Positions 49,244 to 59,354 of a stretch of 64,000 bases of DNA are shown here, piece after piece. Every line of letters begins with the position of its first letter. Positions within the stretch are counted from its first letter, which is position 1. Position numbers and translations under genes: made by a program. Source of the DNA: a virus; the IMG/VR virus record IMGVR_UViG_3300028581_002181, positions 1 to 64,000 of that record; one strand, given 5' to 3'. The notes beneath the pieces were generated by a model, which saw only the letters and a list, made by a program, of their open reading frames with translations, did no database searches and had not been told where the DNA came from.

Positions 49244-49982
49244 TCTCAGTTTTTACAATATAGATAAGGTAGATATTCCATTTTCATATGATTGGAAAAA
49301 AATTTGTATCAGTATATCTGGAGGAGCTGACAGCGCACTGCTGGGGTATCTACTGGCAGATATTTTTCAAAAAAACAAATTAGATATTGAAATGCATGTG
49401 ATAAGTCACATAAGATGTTGGAAAACCAAACCTTGGCAGCGTGACAACAGCATGGCAGTGTACAAATGGCTGTGTGATAGATTTCCTAATATTACATTTA
49501 AAAGATATGAAAATTTCATTGCACCAGATCTAGAATATGCTCACACTGGTCCTAATCTCACTGATGAATACGGCAAGAAAGTTAGTGGTGATAACATAGA
49601 GATAAGAGCTTTTGCCGAATATGTGTGTGATCAAAATCAATGTGAAGCATATTACAATGGAGTTACTCGTAATCCTAGAAACATATCATTGGGCGGCATG
49701 CGTGAACGAGATATAGAGATTAATGAAGATAATAAACATTTACAGATTATGAGACACATGAACAAATGGGCATTGCATCCTTTAAGATTTGTAGAAAAAG
49801 ATTGGGTAGTACAACAGTATATGACACAAAACATACAGGATTTATTTGATATCACTAGAAGTTGTGAAGGAGAAATTCAAGGTATAAATCATACCAATTA
49901 CGTGAGTAATCAATATGTGCCAGAATGTGGTGAATGTTTTTGGTGTAAAGAAAGGAAGTGGGCCATTGAAAAAATTAAGTAA
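49236..49982 (+). CDS. QueC-like PP-loop ATPase
   Basis: ISISGGADSALL PP-loop; C-terminal TRSC..CGECFWCKER Zn motif. Confidence 0.75.
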   Translation: MSNLSFYNIDKVDIPFSYDWKKICISISGGADSALLGYLLADIFQKNKLDIEMHVISHIRCWKTKPWQRDNSMAVYKWLCDRFPNITFKRYENFIAPDLEYAHTGPNLTDEYGKKVSGDNIEIRAFAEYVCDQNQCEAYYNGVTRNPRNISLGGMRERDIEINEDNKHLQIMRHMNKWALHPLRFVEKDWVVQQYMTQNIQDLFDITRSCEGEIQGINHTNYVSNQYVPECGECFWCKERKWAIEKIK

Positions 49983-51228
49983 AACATTTTGTATGCACCC
50001 ATTCACAGGACTAGCTACCAGAGAAGATGGTGCAGTAACGGCTTGTTGTCGCAGTCAACCGGTAGGTTATGTGGGCGAACAGACTTTAGAAGAAATATGG
50101 AATAATGACGCAATGAAACGTATACGAAAACAGGTACTAAATGGTGAACGCCCCAAAGAATGTGATGCATGTTTTAGACTGGAAGATCAAGGTGTAGAAA
50201 GTCTCAGACAAAGACATATCAGAGGCAATATACCTGAAGCACGTGTGAATCTTTATCCAGATGCGATGGAAAAACTAAAAGATGATTTTTCTATGCCTTT
50301 TGAAATTCCTACTATAGAATTAAAATTAAACAACCTTTGTAATCTTAAATGTCGCATGTGTCATCCTATGGATAGTACCAGCTGGAATGATTGGAGTGTG
50401 GTAAAAGAATTTTATAAAAAAGAAGGTAACATTATGTATGATATTGTGGAAAAACACAATTTAGAAACTAAACCTTTCTTAGACAAGTTTCAAGATGATC
50501 CAAAATGGTGGGCTAGTTTAGAAAAATTATTGCCTTACTTTCGCAGGGTAGAGTTTGCTGGAGGAGAACCACTAATGGATCCACAACACTATAGAATACT
50601 GGACATGTTGGCACCATATGGCCATCAAATAGAAATCAAATATGCCACCAATCTTAGCATGTTAGGCAAAGGTGATAGAACTATTTGGCAATACTGGCCT
50701 AAATTTAAAAGTGTGGCGGTGAATGTCAGCATAGACGGCATTGATTCTAACTACGAATATATTAGAGGCAATGCATCTTGGTCGGAATTAATAAACAATA
50801 TAAAACAAATACAAACTATACCAAACATCAGTAGGATAGTGGGTGCAGTGACAGTACAAGTCAGTAATGTGCTGGTTTTGGATAAAATTATAGAATATTT
50901 TCTCGATGATATAGGCATTGTGTTTCACAGTCATAGAGTTGAATATCCTAAAGTCTTGTCAGTACAAGTGTTGCCTCGCAAATTAAAAGATACAGTAATA
51001 GATAGATTAAAAACAGTGAGCCATAAAATAAAAGATTTTAAAATGATCAAACAAAATCCTAAATTATTAGCATACACATTGGGTCAAATTCAAGACAATA
51101 TAAATTATATCAATGCTGTGGATCAAAGTAAACTTTGGCCAGATTGCGTAGAGTTCAATCGTAGATTAGACCAGACACGTAATCAATCTTTTGAAACAGT
51201 GACTCCAGAATTTAAAGATTATGTATAA
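49966..51228 (+). CDS. Radical SAM protein with N-terminal twitch/SPASM-like domain
   Basis: FCMHPF..DG..ACC..CDAC precedes CNLKCRMC; AGGEPL. Likely TTG start at 49966 with AAGGA SD. Confidence 0.9.
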   Translation: MKKLSKTFCMHPFTGLATREDGAVTACCRSQPVGYVGEQTLEEIWNNDAMKRIRKQVLNGERPKECDACFRLEDQGVESLRQRHIRGNIPEARVNLYPDAMEKLKDDFSMPFEIPTIELKLNNLCNLKCRMCHPMDSTSWNDWSVVKEFYKKEGNIMYDIVEKHNLETKPFLDKFQDDPKWWASLEKLLPYFRRVEFAGGEPLMDPQHYRILDMLAPYGHQIEIKYATNLSMLGKGDRTIWQYWPKFKSVAVNVSIDGIDSNYEYIRGNASWSELINNIKQIQTIPNISRIVGAVTVQVSNVLVLDKIIEYFLDDIGIVFHSHRVEYPKVLSVQVLPRKLKDTVIDRLKTVSHKIKDFKMIKQNPKLLAYTLGQIQDNINYINAVDQSKLWPDCVEFNRRLDQTRNQSFETVTPEFKDYV

Positions 51229-52120
51229 AATAACCAGCAGTTGGCCTCATCAGGATCAAATCAAAGTGGAATGGAATCTTGGCAAGCGTTGCAATCTTGA
51301 TTGTACCTATTGTCCTGCAGAGATTCATGACAATCACAGCAAACATACTGATATAGCAATGCTCAAATCCACTGTGGATGTATTGTCGCAATTGGGTAAA
51401 ATACGCATCAGTCTCACAGGAGGGGAGCCTTGTGTGCATCCTCACATTGAAGAATTACTAGTTCATATGAAACAAATGAAAATAGGTTGGATCAATGTCA
51501 CCACCAATGGTACCAGAACTGTGGAATTCTATCAAAATATTTTGGAAAATTATATCAATCACATTGTGTTCAGTGTGCATTTCGAATCTGATTGGTGGAA
51601 GGTCATAAACACGATTATAAAGGTTTATAAGCAGTCCACCAACAAAAATGTTCTAGTACACATGATGATGCTGCCAGGACGTTTAAAAGACGTTAAAGAC
51701 GCTTGCAAGGCTCTTTTAGAACACAACATATCCTATGCATTAAGACCCATACGTTGGACCAAAACACATGATGATTTTGAAGACATGATACATTACAGTG
51801 AAGAAGAAAAAGAATTTTTGGCAGTAAGCAATCATACTCCACCAAAAAATATTTTGGTAGACGACACAGTGAGTTGCAACGTGAATGATTTGCTGATCAA
51901 TAAAACCAATCAATTTAAAGGATGGAGTTGCATGGCTGGAGTGGAAAGTCTCATGATCAATTGGGATGGTGCCGTGCATCGAGCCACCTGTAGAGTGGGT
52001 GGCAATTTGGGCAACATCTATCATGGTAAGTTTGAAATGCCCAAAGATCCCATTATCTGCACTAGAAATTGGTGTACCTGCGCAGCAGATATAGCAATAA
52101 CTAAAAATAAAAATTATTAA
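51221..52120 (+). CDS. Radical SAM protein with C-terminal SPASM/twitch-like domain
   Basis: CNLDCTYC, TGGEPC, TTNG; WSCMAG..ATC..ICTRNWCTC. Confidence 0.9.
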   Translation: MYKITSSWPHQDQIKVEWNLGKRCNLDCTYCPAEIHDNHSKHTDIAMLKSTVDVLSQLGKIRISLTGGEPCVHPHIEELLVHMKQMKIGWINVTTNGTRTVEFYQNILENYINHIVFSVHFESDWWKVINTIIKVYKQSTNKNVLVHMMMLPGRLKDVKDACKALLEHNISYALRPIRWTKTHDDFEDMIHYSEEEKEFLAVSNHTPPKNILVDDTVSCNVNDLLINKTNQFKGWSCMAGVESLMINWDGAVHRATCRVGGNLGNIYHGKFEMPKDPIICTRNWCTCAADIAITKNKNY

Positions 52121-53106
52121 CTTAAAAGTTTTTTATTGCAATTAATTTCAGGCTGACAAGTACAATTTTTTCTTTCACATATTGTAGGTACAATATCTGG
52201 ATAAAATTTATCTGTAAAATCTTGATCTAATAGATTAAAATAATAATTTTTCATAAAAAGTCTATTGCCACAAGCTCCTTTAATACGTCCATCTTTGTCT
52301 ATTTGAATGGTATCTACACCCACGTGACACAACCATCCTTGAAAGTGATTTTGACCGTTTAAAGAAATATAGTTTTCTGAAACTTTTTTTTTGCTGTGAT
52401 TACTGAATAACACTGTGGGTGATCGATTAAATTTTTCAAATCTTCTTCTTTTTTTACTAAAAAAATACTGCATTAAAGAAGGTTCTCTTTTGTTACAGTG
52501 ACTGATATATTTTTTTTGTTCAGAATTGTATTCAACCGTGGCGTGATATATTTCTAACACGTTAATAGCCCATTTGTGATGACTATTTTTAAGTTGTTCT
52601 ACTATGTTCACACATTTATCCCAAACATGTGGATCCATCAGCACATTGGCATCCACAACTACTTTTTTACTGTGCAAAAGATCTGCCACAGCAATGATAT
52701 GTGGCACATCCACTCTTTCGTGATGACAGCTCAGCATCACAATGTCATTGTAATGACCATATTCTTCCCACCATCTCAGTGTGCGTGATCCATTGGTGCT
52801 GATGCTGATCAAACAGTTGAATTTTTCTTTAAAGTATTTGGTGAATTCTCCAAAATCTTTCCATATAGTGGGTTCTCCTCCTATGATATGCAGATAGAAA
52901 TCATTTTTGCCAATATTTTTTCTGTAATGTTCAATGAGATGAGAAAGATTTTTTTTAATCAATTCAAGATCGGGCCAACCATGTGTGCCTTCGTTGGATC
53001 CGGGAAAACAATACCAGCACTTGTAGTTGCATCTGTTGCTGAGAAATAATTCAATCCTCAAACTATCTTTGTGCTGATTACTGTGTATGGCTACTATATT
53101 TTCCAT
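52117..53106 (-). CDS. Radical SAM protein with C-terminal SPASM/twitch-like domain
   Basis: CNYKCWYC, GGEPT, STNGSRT; WLCHVG..GAC..ICERKNCTC. Confidence 0.9.
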   Translation of the reverse strand: MENIVAIHSNQHKDSLRIELFLSNRCNYKCWYCFPGSNEGTHGWPDLELIKKNLSHLIEHYRKNIGKNDFYLHIIGGEPTIWKDFGEFTKYFKEKFNCLISISTNGSRTLRWWEEYGHYNDIVMLSCHHERVDVPHIIAVADLLHSKKVVVDANVLMDPHVWDKCVNIVEQLKNSHHKWAINVLEIYHATVEYNSEQKKYISHCNKREPSLMQYFFSKKRRRFEKFNRSPTVLFSNHSKKKVSENYISLNGQNHFQGWLCHVGVDTIQIDKDGRIKGACGNRLFMKNYYFNLLDQDFTDKFYPDIVPTICERKNCTCQPEINCNKKLLS

Positions 53107-54113
53107 TTTGTGATCTGTGTTTCAGGCATGCAAAAACAAGCAGCAAAAGGACAAGTTACTGGTTTAATTTCTGGATCAAATGTGTCGATAAAATTTGTTT
53201 TTAAAATATTATGATAATAATTCAAACCATATAATTTTGCATTGCAGGCACCTTTAAGATCACCGTTCCAATCCACATATATGCTTTCTAACCCTATATT
53301 GCATTTCCAATCTTTAAATTCATTCCATCCTTCATTGATATAGGTACCAGGTCTAGCATATTTTGTAGAGCCTTCTGACATGGTGTATTTGCTTTCATAC
53401 AGTCTTATTTCGTCTTTGAGCAATTTTCGATTTTTCCAAAACCACCATAGACTAGGCCATCTCTTCAAATCTTTTTTTAAATATTGTAATTGTTTGTTGT
53501 CATATCGTTTGACTCCAGGAGCAATTTTGTTACTGATGTGATGTGGTTCAATTACCTCTGCCACCATGATAAACCAAGGATACTTACTGTGTTTTTTCAT
53601 TTTAGCAATGGCCTCTATACCTTGTGACCAGCGATCAGGATCCATAAGCACTTTGACTGTGACTTTGGATCCAGCTGCATACAATATATCTGACACTTCA
53701 ATCATGTGATCAACATCACCTTGTGCTAAATGCAAGGTAAGATGTGCATTATCTATCTCATTGGCATGTTCTTTCCACCATCTCACTGTGCGTGACCCGT
53801 TGGATATAAGGCTAATATAGGCATTATGTTTTTTTTTTATTTCGGCCATAAAAGTTCCTAAATCTTTCCACAATGTTGGTTCTCCACCTGCAATAAAAAA
53901 TTGAAATTTACTTTTGTTAAGTTTAACTTTATAAAAATTTAATAAATGATCCCAGTTCTTTATGACCAAATCTAAATCTTCAGGAGATCTATGCGTGCCT
54001 GTGTTGGCATCAGGAAAACAATAACGACACTGAAAATTGCAGACATTATTAGGATTCCAACGCACATTTAAAATATGTTTCTTTTGAGTGGAATCTATTC
54101 TTACAGGTTTCAT
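53094..54113 (-). CDS. Radical SAM protein with C-terminal SPASM/twitch-like domain (tandem paralog)
   Basis: CNFQCRYC, AGGEPT, SNGSRT; WKCNIG..GAC..TCPFAACFC. Confidence 0.9.
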   Translation of the reverse strand: MKPVRIDSTQKKHILNVRWNPNNVCNFQCRYCFPDANTGTHRSPEDLDLVIKNWDHLLNFYKVKLNKSKFQFFIAGGEPTLWKDLGTFMAEIKKKHNAYISLISNGSRTVRWWKEHANEIDNAHLTLHLAQGDVDHMIEVSDILYAAGSKVTVKVLMDPDRWSQGIEAIAKMKKHSKYPWFIMVAEVIEPHHISNKIAPGVKRYDNKQLQYLKKDLKRWPSLWWFWKNRKLLKDEIRLYESKYTMSEGSTKYARPGTYINEGWNEFKDWKCNIGLESIYVDWNGDLKGACNAKLYGLNYYHNILKTNFIDTFDPEIKPVTCPFAACFCMPETQITKWKI

Positions 54114-55579
54114 TTGATCAAGTGAGAAATTTCAGGAAAGGTCAATTGAAAATCAGTTTTTCTATGTTGATCCATCTTTTCTATATATTGTTTAAAATCC
54201 GGCAGTAAATTGGTGTGATCTGTAGCATCCATCCAGTCCAGTATGCCTTCCCAACGTTTCCAACCATATGGATTTTTTTCCCAAAACTCCGAGTCCTGAG
54301 TATAATGATTCCATAACCATTCTTTTAATTCAGCAAACAGTTGTCGTACATGAGCTTTGTCTTCTTTAGGTAACACACGTATGGATAACCATGTGGGTAT
54401 CCACAAAAGATGCACCCCTACTAGACCACCTCCAGTAATTTGTCCTGCAGCGTTCGTGTCAAAATTTAATTTTTTAAATCCACAGCTGATTTTCCATTTG
54501 ATAAAATCTGGCACATGTTTAATGTTTAATATCTGCACAGCCAATGCAATGTTAGTCTGTATTTTTTCACTGGTGCGTTCAAGACGCCATAGATTTTTTT
54601 CTACCTGAGATGAATCGGTAGGAAAGCGTATGTAATGCAAACGATCACCTATGGCATCCATGCTTATGCCCACCTTAACTTTTTTAAATTGCTCCCAAAT
54701 TTCTATTATTTCTTCATTGATCAATGTGCCATTGGTGTTGTAACGTAAACCTATCTTGTGAGCATGTCCTCTTTTAATAATTTCTTGTAGGAAAGCCTTG
54801 TGTTCTTTTATTAATAATGGTTCACCGCCTGCAAAATATAATTGTTTTATGTGGGGTATTTGTTCATAGATCTGCTCCCAAAAAGCAGGATTTTCATGCC
54901 AGCGGTTATCAAAATCATCCTGCTGCCAACTCATTTGTTTTTTTATTAATTCGCTAGTGAACAGAGGATATACTGTTTTGTGATCATTTACCCATTGACT
55001 GGAATCATGAGGCGAACACATGATGCATTTTAAGTTGCAGGTGTGACCTAATCTCAAATCAAGATATTGTAATTTATGCGGCACTGTTCCATCTTCTTGG
55101 GTTTCTCTTATGAGTTCTTTGATGTCTGTTTGCTCCTGCAGATACCAAGTGCCTGTTTCCCAAACTCGTTTACTAACTATACCTTTGTCTTCTTCATCAA
55201 AACATTTTGTGCAGCTGGCAGGTATTTGTCCAGACAACATTAATTTTCTTACAGATTTCATGTAGTCGTTGTTGAATGCTGCCGTGGGCAAATCTTTGCC
55301 AAAGTTTGCAGGCTCACCATCTTCTTTTTTGACCAGTCCTACTTTGTAGTCTCCACTGTCTGCTCCGCTAGCGTTAGCCACACAACATATTCTCATGTCA
55401 CCATTGGGTCTAGTGGCTAGGTGTATCCATGGCAAAATACAAAAACTAGCACTGCCAGATATCTGTTTAATTTTTTCTTTCCACTCTAAAAGTTGTGAAT
55501 TTTTTTGGTCTTTATGGGTCGGCAGCAATTTTTCCGCAGCAACTTCATCGACAGATTCTGATTGTTCTATATAAGACAT
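54110..55579 (-). CDS. Radical SAM protein with N-terminal twitch/SPASM-like domain
   Basis: FCILPW..NG..ICC..CTKC precedes CNLKCIMC; AGGEPL, NTNG. Confidence 0.9.
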   Translation of the reverse strand: MSYIEQSESVDEVAAEKLLPTHKDQKNSQLLEWKEKIKQISGSASFCILPWIHLATRPNGDMRICCVANASGADSGDYKVGLVKKEDGEPANFGKDLPTAAFNNDYMKSVRKLMLSGQIPASCTKCFDEEDKGIVSKRVWETGTWYLQEQTDIKELIRETQEDGTVPHKLQYLDLRLGHTCNLKCIMCSPHDSSQWVNDHKTVYPLFTSELIKKQMSWQQDDFDNRWHENPAFWEQIYEQIPHIKQLYFAGGEPLLIKEHKAFLQEIIKRGHAHKIGLRYNTNGTLINEEIIEIWEQFKKVKVGISMDAIGDRLHYIRFPTDSSQVEKNLWRLERTSEKIQTNIALAVQILNIKHVPDFIKWKISCGFKKLNFDTNAAGQITGGGLVGVHLLWIPTWLSIRVLPKEDKAHVRQLFAELKEWLWNHYTQDSEFWEKNPYGWKRWEGILDWMDATDHTNLLPDFKQYIEKMDQHRKTDFQLTFPEISHLIK

Positions 55580-55591
55580 GTTATCAAAGTA

Positions 55592-55635
55592 TATTTACCT
55601 TAATTAAATGCCCACATAATATTTTGCGATAAATA
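55592..55635. promoter_or_regulatory. Divergent pair of putative late promoters (TAAATA on - at 55597-55592; on + at 55630-55635)
   Basis: The plus copy is 5 nt before ATG 55641; the minus copy is 12 nt before ATG 55579. Confidence 0.55.
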
Positions 55636-55640
55636 TCAAT

Positions 55641-56339
55641 ATGCTCCAAAAATTAGATGTAATACTATCAGCTCAAGATATTTTGAAAAATTTACCAAAA
55701 TTCAACACTGAACACAAAGACGAAGAAGTATTCATGTGTAAGACTTGGATGAATGATCCAACAGGAGATTTCTTCTATGACCCTTGGAAGTTAAAATCAG
55801 AGTGGCAAACCAAAGAACTAGTGCAACTTTTTAATACTTTAGGACCAGTGGGTGAAGCAAGAATAATTGTAATGAAACCAGGATTCACTTATCTTGCACA
55901 TTCCGATATTGATGACAGATATCATGTGACATTGCAGGGAGAACACAGCTATTTGATTGATTTGGTGAACACAAAAATGTATCCTACTTTGACCGATAAT
56001 TGTTGTTATCTTATGGATACTGCACACATACACACTGCTGTGAATTTTGGATATCTAGATAGAATTCAATTGGTAATAAGAAAATTACTTGAACGTGGTC
56101 AAATTAGAAATCGTGCTCATGTAAAAATTAAAGCAGAAAATCCTCCATACAACAGTAGATATCTTTTTGATAATTCTTTTTCAGTATGGCTCAACAAAGC
56201 AAATAAGAAAAAAATACTTGATAACTTTGTGACAATTTCACAAGAAGAAGTTTCATTGGATTTAGAAAGAGAATACTTGGAAGAATTAAAAAATATTTCA
56301 AATCATTGCGGATTTGCAGTGCAAATTACACATGATTAA
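55641..56339 (+). CDS. 2OG-Fe(II) oxygenase, Asp/Asn beta-hydroxylase-like
   Basis: IIVMKPG..LAHSD (HxD), HTAVNFG.LDRIQLVI. Confidence 0.7.
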   Translation: MLQKLDVILSAQDILKNLPKFNTEHKDEEVFMCKTWMNDPTGDFFYDPWKLKSEWQTKELVQLFNTLGPVGEARIIVMKPGFTYLAHSDIDDRYHVTLQGEHSYLIDLVNTKMYPTLTDNCCYLMDTAHIHTAVNFGYLDRIQLVIRKLLERGQIRNRAHVKIKAENPPYNSRYLFDNSFSVWLNKANKKKILDNFVTISQEEVSLDLEREYLEELKNISNHCGFAVQITHD

Positions 56340-56377
56340 CAATTAAACTGATCAAGTACATTCAAATACACATTTAG

Positions 56378-57559
56378 ATGAATATTTCAAAAAAAATATT
56401 ACCAAACATAGGAGTAATAGGTGTTGGTCGCATTGGTCTTTGTTATGCATTACTTTTAGACCAAACTGGATATCAAGTGTATGCTTACGATATCAACACA
56501 GCTCATATAGAAAATTTAAAACAAGGTGTGGTGGATATTAACGAGCCAGATGTTTATAATTTGCTTGAAAATAATCACATAGTTTTTACCAACAATGCTC
56601 AAAAAATATTTCAAAATTGTGAAATAATTTATATTATGGTGCCTACTCCAAGTAACGCTGATGGAAGTTATGATATTTCTAAAGTTCAAAGTATTATCAA
56701 ACAAATATGTGAATGTAATTTAGATATAAAAGAAAAAATAATAGTTGTGGGCAGCACAGTAAATCCTGGAGATTGTAAAATATTAGAAAAACAATTGCAA
56801 GCATATCATGCGGGTTTGTTGTACAATCCAGTATTCACAGCTCAAGGTTCTATAATAAAAGACCTACAACAAGCAGAGATGGTATTAATAGGTGGAGAAT
56901 CTAATAAGGTTATAAAAAAATATCAACAGATTTATTTTGACATACAAACCATAAAACCAAACATACATGTATTGAGTTTGACCGCAGCAGAGATAGCAAA
57001 AATAGCTGTAAATTGTTACTTAACTACTAAAATATCTTTTGCAAATATTTTAGGAGAAATTTTAATCATGTCTAAACTGGATAATGAAGTTGATCTCACA
57101 TTAGATATGATAGGTTCAGATACAAGAATAGGAAAAAAATTTTTTAAATATGGACTAGGATATGGGGGACCATGTCTACCTAGAGATAATAGAGCACTGT
57201 CTCATTATGCGTCTAAAGTTGGAATAAAATTTGCTTTGGGTGATACTGTTGATCAATTTAACCAACAACATACCTTATTCTTAGCAGATTTTTTTGCAAA
57301 AAAAAATGTAGAAAATTTGCCATTTTATTTTAAAACCGTATCTTACAAATCAAACGTTACGGATATTGAACAAAGCCAATTATATTTGCTGTGTTGTAAA
57401 TTGTTAGAAAAAGGATTTATGGTATATATTGAGCCTATTCCTGCTTTACCCAACGAAATTCAAACATCATTGCAACAAAAATTTCAAGATTTAATTGCAT
57501 TTGTTACTATTACTGACCTACACAGCAGTAATAAAAAAATATTTGAAATTTTTATTTGA
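56378..57559 (+). CDS. UDP-glucose/GDP-mannose dehydrogenase family protein
   Basis: GVIGVGRIG, VPTP, GSTVNPG, AEIAKIAVN, DTRIG..GLGYGGPCLPRD (catalytic Cys). Confidence 0.9.
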   Translation: MNISKKILPNIGVIGVGRIGLCYALLLDQTGYQVYAYDINTAHIENLKQGVVDINEPDVYNLLENNHIVFTNNAQKIFQNCEIIYIMVPTPSNADGSYDISKVQSIIKQICECNLDIKEKIIVVGSTVNPGDCKILEKQLQAYHAGLLYNPVFTAQGSIIKDLQQAEMVLIGGESNKVIKKYQQIYFDIQTIKPNIHVLSLTAAEIAKIAVNCYLTTKISFANILGEILIMSKLDNEVDLTLDMIGSDTRIGKKFFKYGLGYGGPCLPRDNRALSHYASKVGIKFALGDTVDQFNQQHTLFLADFFAKKNVENLPFYFKTVSYKSNVTDIEQSQLYLLCCKLLEKGFMVYIEPIPALPNEIQTSLQQKFQDLIAFVTITDLHSSNKKIFEIFI

Positions 57560-57635
57560 TTATCATAAACCTGTGGTAATCTATAATAGCCTACATGGAC
57601 CAATGGTACAAATAAGTATTGAATAAACATTAATT

Positions 57636-58271
57636 ATGATAGAATACTGGAATAACTTTTACAAGCACGAACTAGGCACATTAGCCATTGCTAATTTGGT
57701 ATACGAGCCTTTGATCAGTCCTAACAAAAACATATTCAAAATGAATTTTAATAAAAATGAATATTTTGTCAATTCCAATATGACTGATGATCTTAGACAA
57801 AATTGGTTTTCAAGGGAAATTAATTATATGGAAAAATTAAAAAATAAACCATATGCTCCTGAAATTTTAAACATTGATCACAGAAATAGAACCATTGAAT
57901 TTAAATGGTATGATCGCAGTGTGAGTAAACTTATACACACTGGTGAAATATCCACAGTGCCCAACTGGCAACAACAGATCAAAGACATCGTTGCTGATTT
58001 AATGTCAGAAAACATACGCAAATCTAATCTTTATCCTCACACTTTTTATTTGGATCATCATAATCATATTCGCATTATGGATTTGTATGGTTGCAGCAGC
58101 ACTGAAGATAGATATGTGTCCAAAGAATTGTTGACTTCAATACTTTTTGATTCTACTCATCCTAGATTTGCTCAAAGTCTTACAGGAGCAATGTATGATA
58201 CTTTTAAACTGTATGAATTAACTATAAAAATGAATTATGGTGAATGGCCGGGAGATTTTTTAAATGCTTGA
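57636..58271 (+). CDS. Protein-kinase-like fold protein (degenerate)
   Basis: REINYMEKL (alphaC), APEIL, NLYPHTF, IMDLYG (DFG-like); preceded by TAAGTA at 57613-57618. Confidence 0.45.
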   Translation: MIEYWNNFYKHELGTLAIANLVYEPLISPNKNIFKMNFNKNEYFVNSNMTDDLRQNWFSREINYMEKLKNKPYAPEILNIDHRNRTIEFKWYDRSVSKLIHTGEISTVPNWQQQIKDIVADLMSENIRKSNLYPHTFYLDHHNHIRIMDLYGCSSTEDRYVSKELLTSILFDSTHPRFAQSLTGAMYDTFKLYELTIKMNYGEWPGDFLNA

Positions 58272-58800
58272 ATACATGGGTAATAGTATGCACGTGATTG
58301 ATTGGGATTCTGTAATTAAAGAAGTTCAAGACCAAGAAGGAAAATGTGCCTGCAAGTATCTTCCTGTAAAAGAAGTTGCAGAACTTAAAGAGATCGACGA
58401 TGCACTGGGTAATTATTGTAGAGATTCCATTGAGTGGATCAATTATTATCCAGGCAAAGAATTTTCTATGGACATAGCTCATAAGTTTGGAGACTTTGTA
58501 AAAATGCCCAGAATGATTAAATGTTGGATATCCAAAGTGTTGCCTGGTAAAACTGCACCGTGGCATTGGGACTGGGACGTAGATTGGAAAAAATATTTAG
58601 AAAATGGTCAACCAATAAGATTCACAGCAATGATTAATCCTCCTGCTGTGGGTCATGTGTTTATTGTAGGAGACCAAGCATTATACAATGAAAAACAAGG
58701 TGATGTTCACAAATGGTCTGATTTTAGATCTTATCACGCAGGCACCAATTGTGGATTGGTTCCTAAATTTAATTTTAATTATTTGGCATACGCAGAATGA
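58264..58800 (+). CDS. 2OG-Fe(II)/cupin oxygenase-like
   Basis: CWISKVLPGKTAPWHWD (HxD), GHVFIV, YHAGTNCG..KFNFN. Confidence 0.7.
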   Translation: MLEYMGNSMHVIDWDSVIKEVQDQEGKCACKYLPVKEVAELKEIDDALGNYCRDSIEWINYYPGKEFSMDIAHKFGDFVKMPRMIKCWISKVLPGKTAPWHWDWDVDWKKYLENGQPIRFTAMINPPAVGHVFIVGDQALYNEKQGDVHKWSDFRSYHAGTNCGLVPKFNFNYLAYAE

Positions 58801-59354
58801 AAAATTATATTGGTAATTGTTCTCAAATAATAGATTGGCCCAGTGTGTTGTACTCTGTGCAAAATTCTAAACCTGCTTATCAAGGACCTAGACATAAAAA
58901 AGGACAAGATTTGCCTGGCATAGCTGAAATAAGTTCTTCTTGGGAAAAGGCTGGATACAAATTATTATCAGAAGGTGGAACCATTGGATGGGATATGTGT
59001 GTGCCTGAAGATAACTTTGATCGAAAAATTGTTGATCAATTTGCAGATTACGTGAATGTTGACCCTTTAAGCTGTTGGGTAAGTGTGATTCACCAAGGCT
59101 GTCATGCGCCGTGGCATTGGGACACTCAAGACAATGAGCAAGAGCTAAGAAAAATGGGAAATATAGAAAGATTTCATTGTCATATGGAAGATACTTTTCC
59201 AGGTCATGTGTTGATAGTAGAAAATGATTTATTTTATAATGCAAAGCAAGGAGATGTGTATAAATGGCCTGACAGAAATGCCTGGCACGCAGGTTCCAAC
59301 TGTGGTCAAAGACCTAAATATATTTTTAATTTTTTTGGAAAAAGTCGTACATGA
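58797..59354 (+). CDS. 2OG-Fe(II)/cupin oxygenase-like (tandem paralog)
   Basis: CWVSVIHQGCHAPWHWD, GHVLIV, WHAGSNCG..KYIFN. Confidence 0.7.
   Translation: MKNYIGNCSQIIDWPSVLYSVQNSKPAYQGPRHKKGQDLPGIAEISSSWEKAGYKLLSEGGTIGWDMCVPEDNFDRKIVDQFADYVNVDPLSCWVSVIHQGCHAPWHWDTQDNEQELRKMGNIERFHCHMEDTFPGHVLIVENDLFYNAKQGDVYKWPDRNAWHAGSNCGQRPKYIFNFFGKSRT

Noticed and set aside
57556-57587. Sigma70 promoter TTGATT..TATAAT before the first kinase-like gene
   Set aside because: The spacer is 20 nt, outside the usual 16-18 nt.
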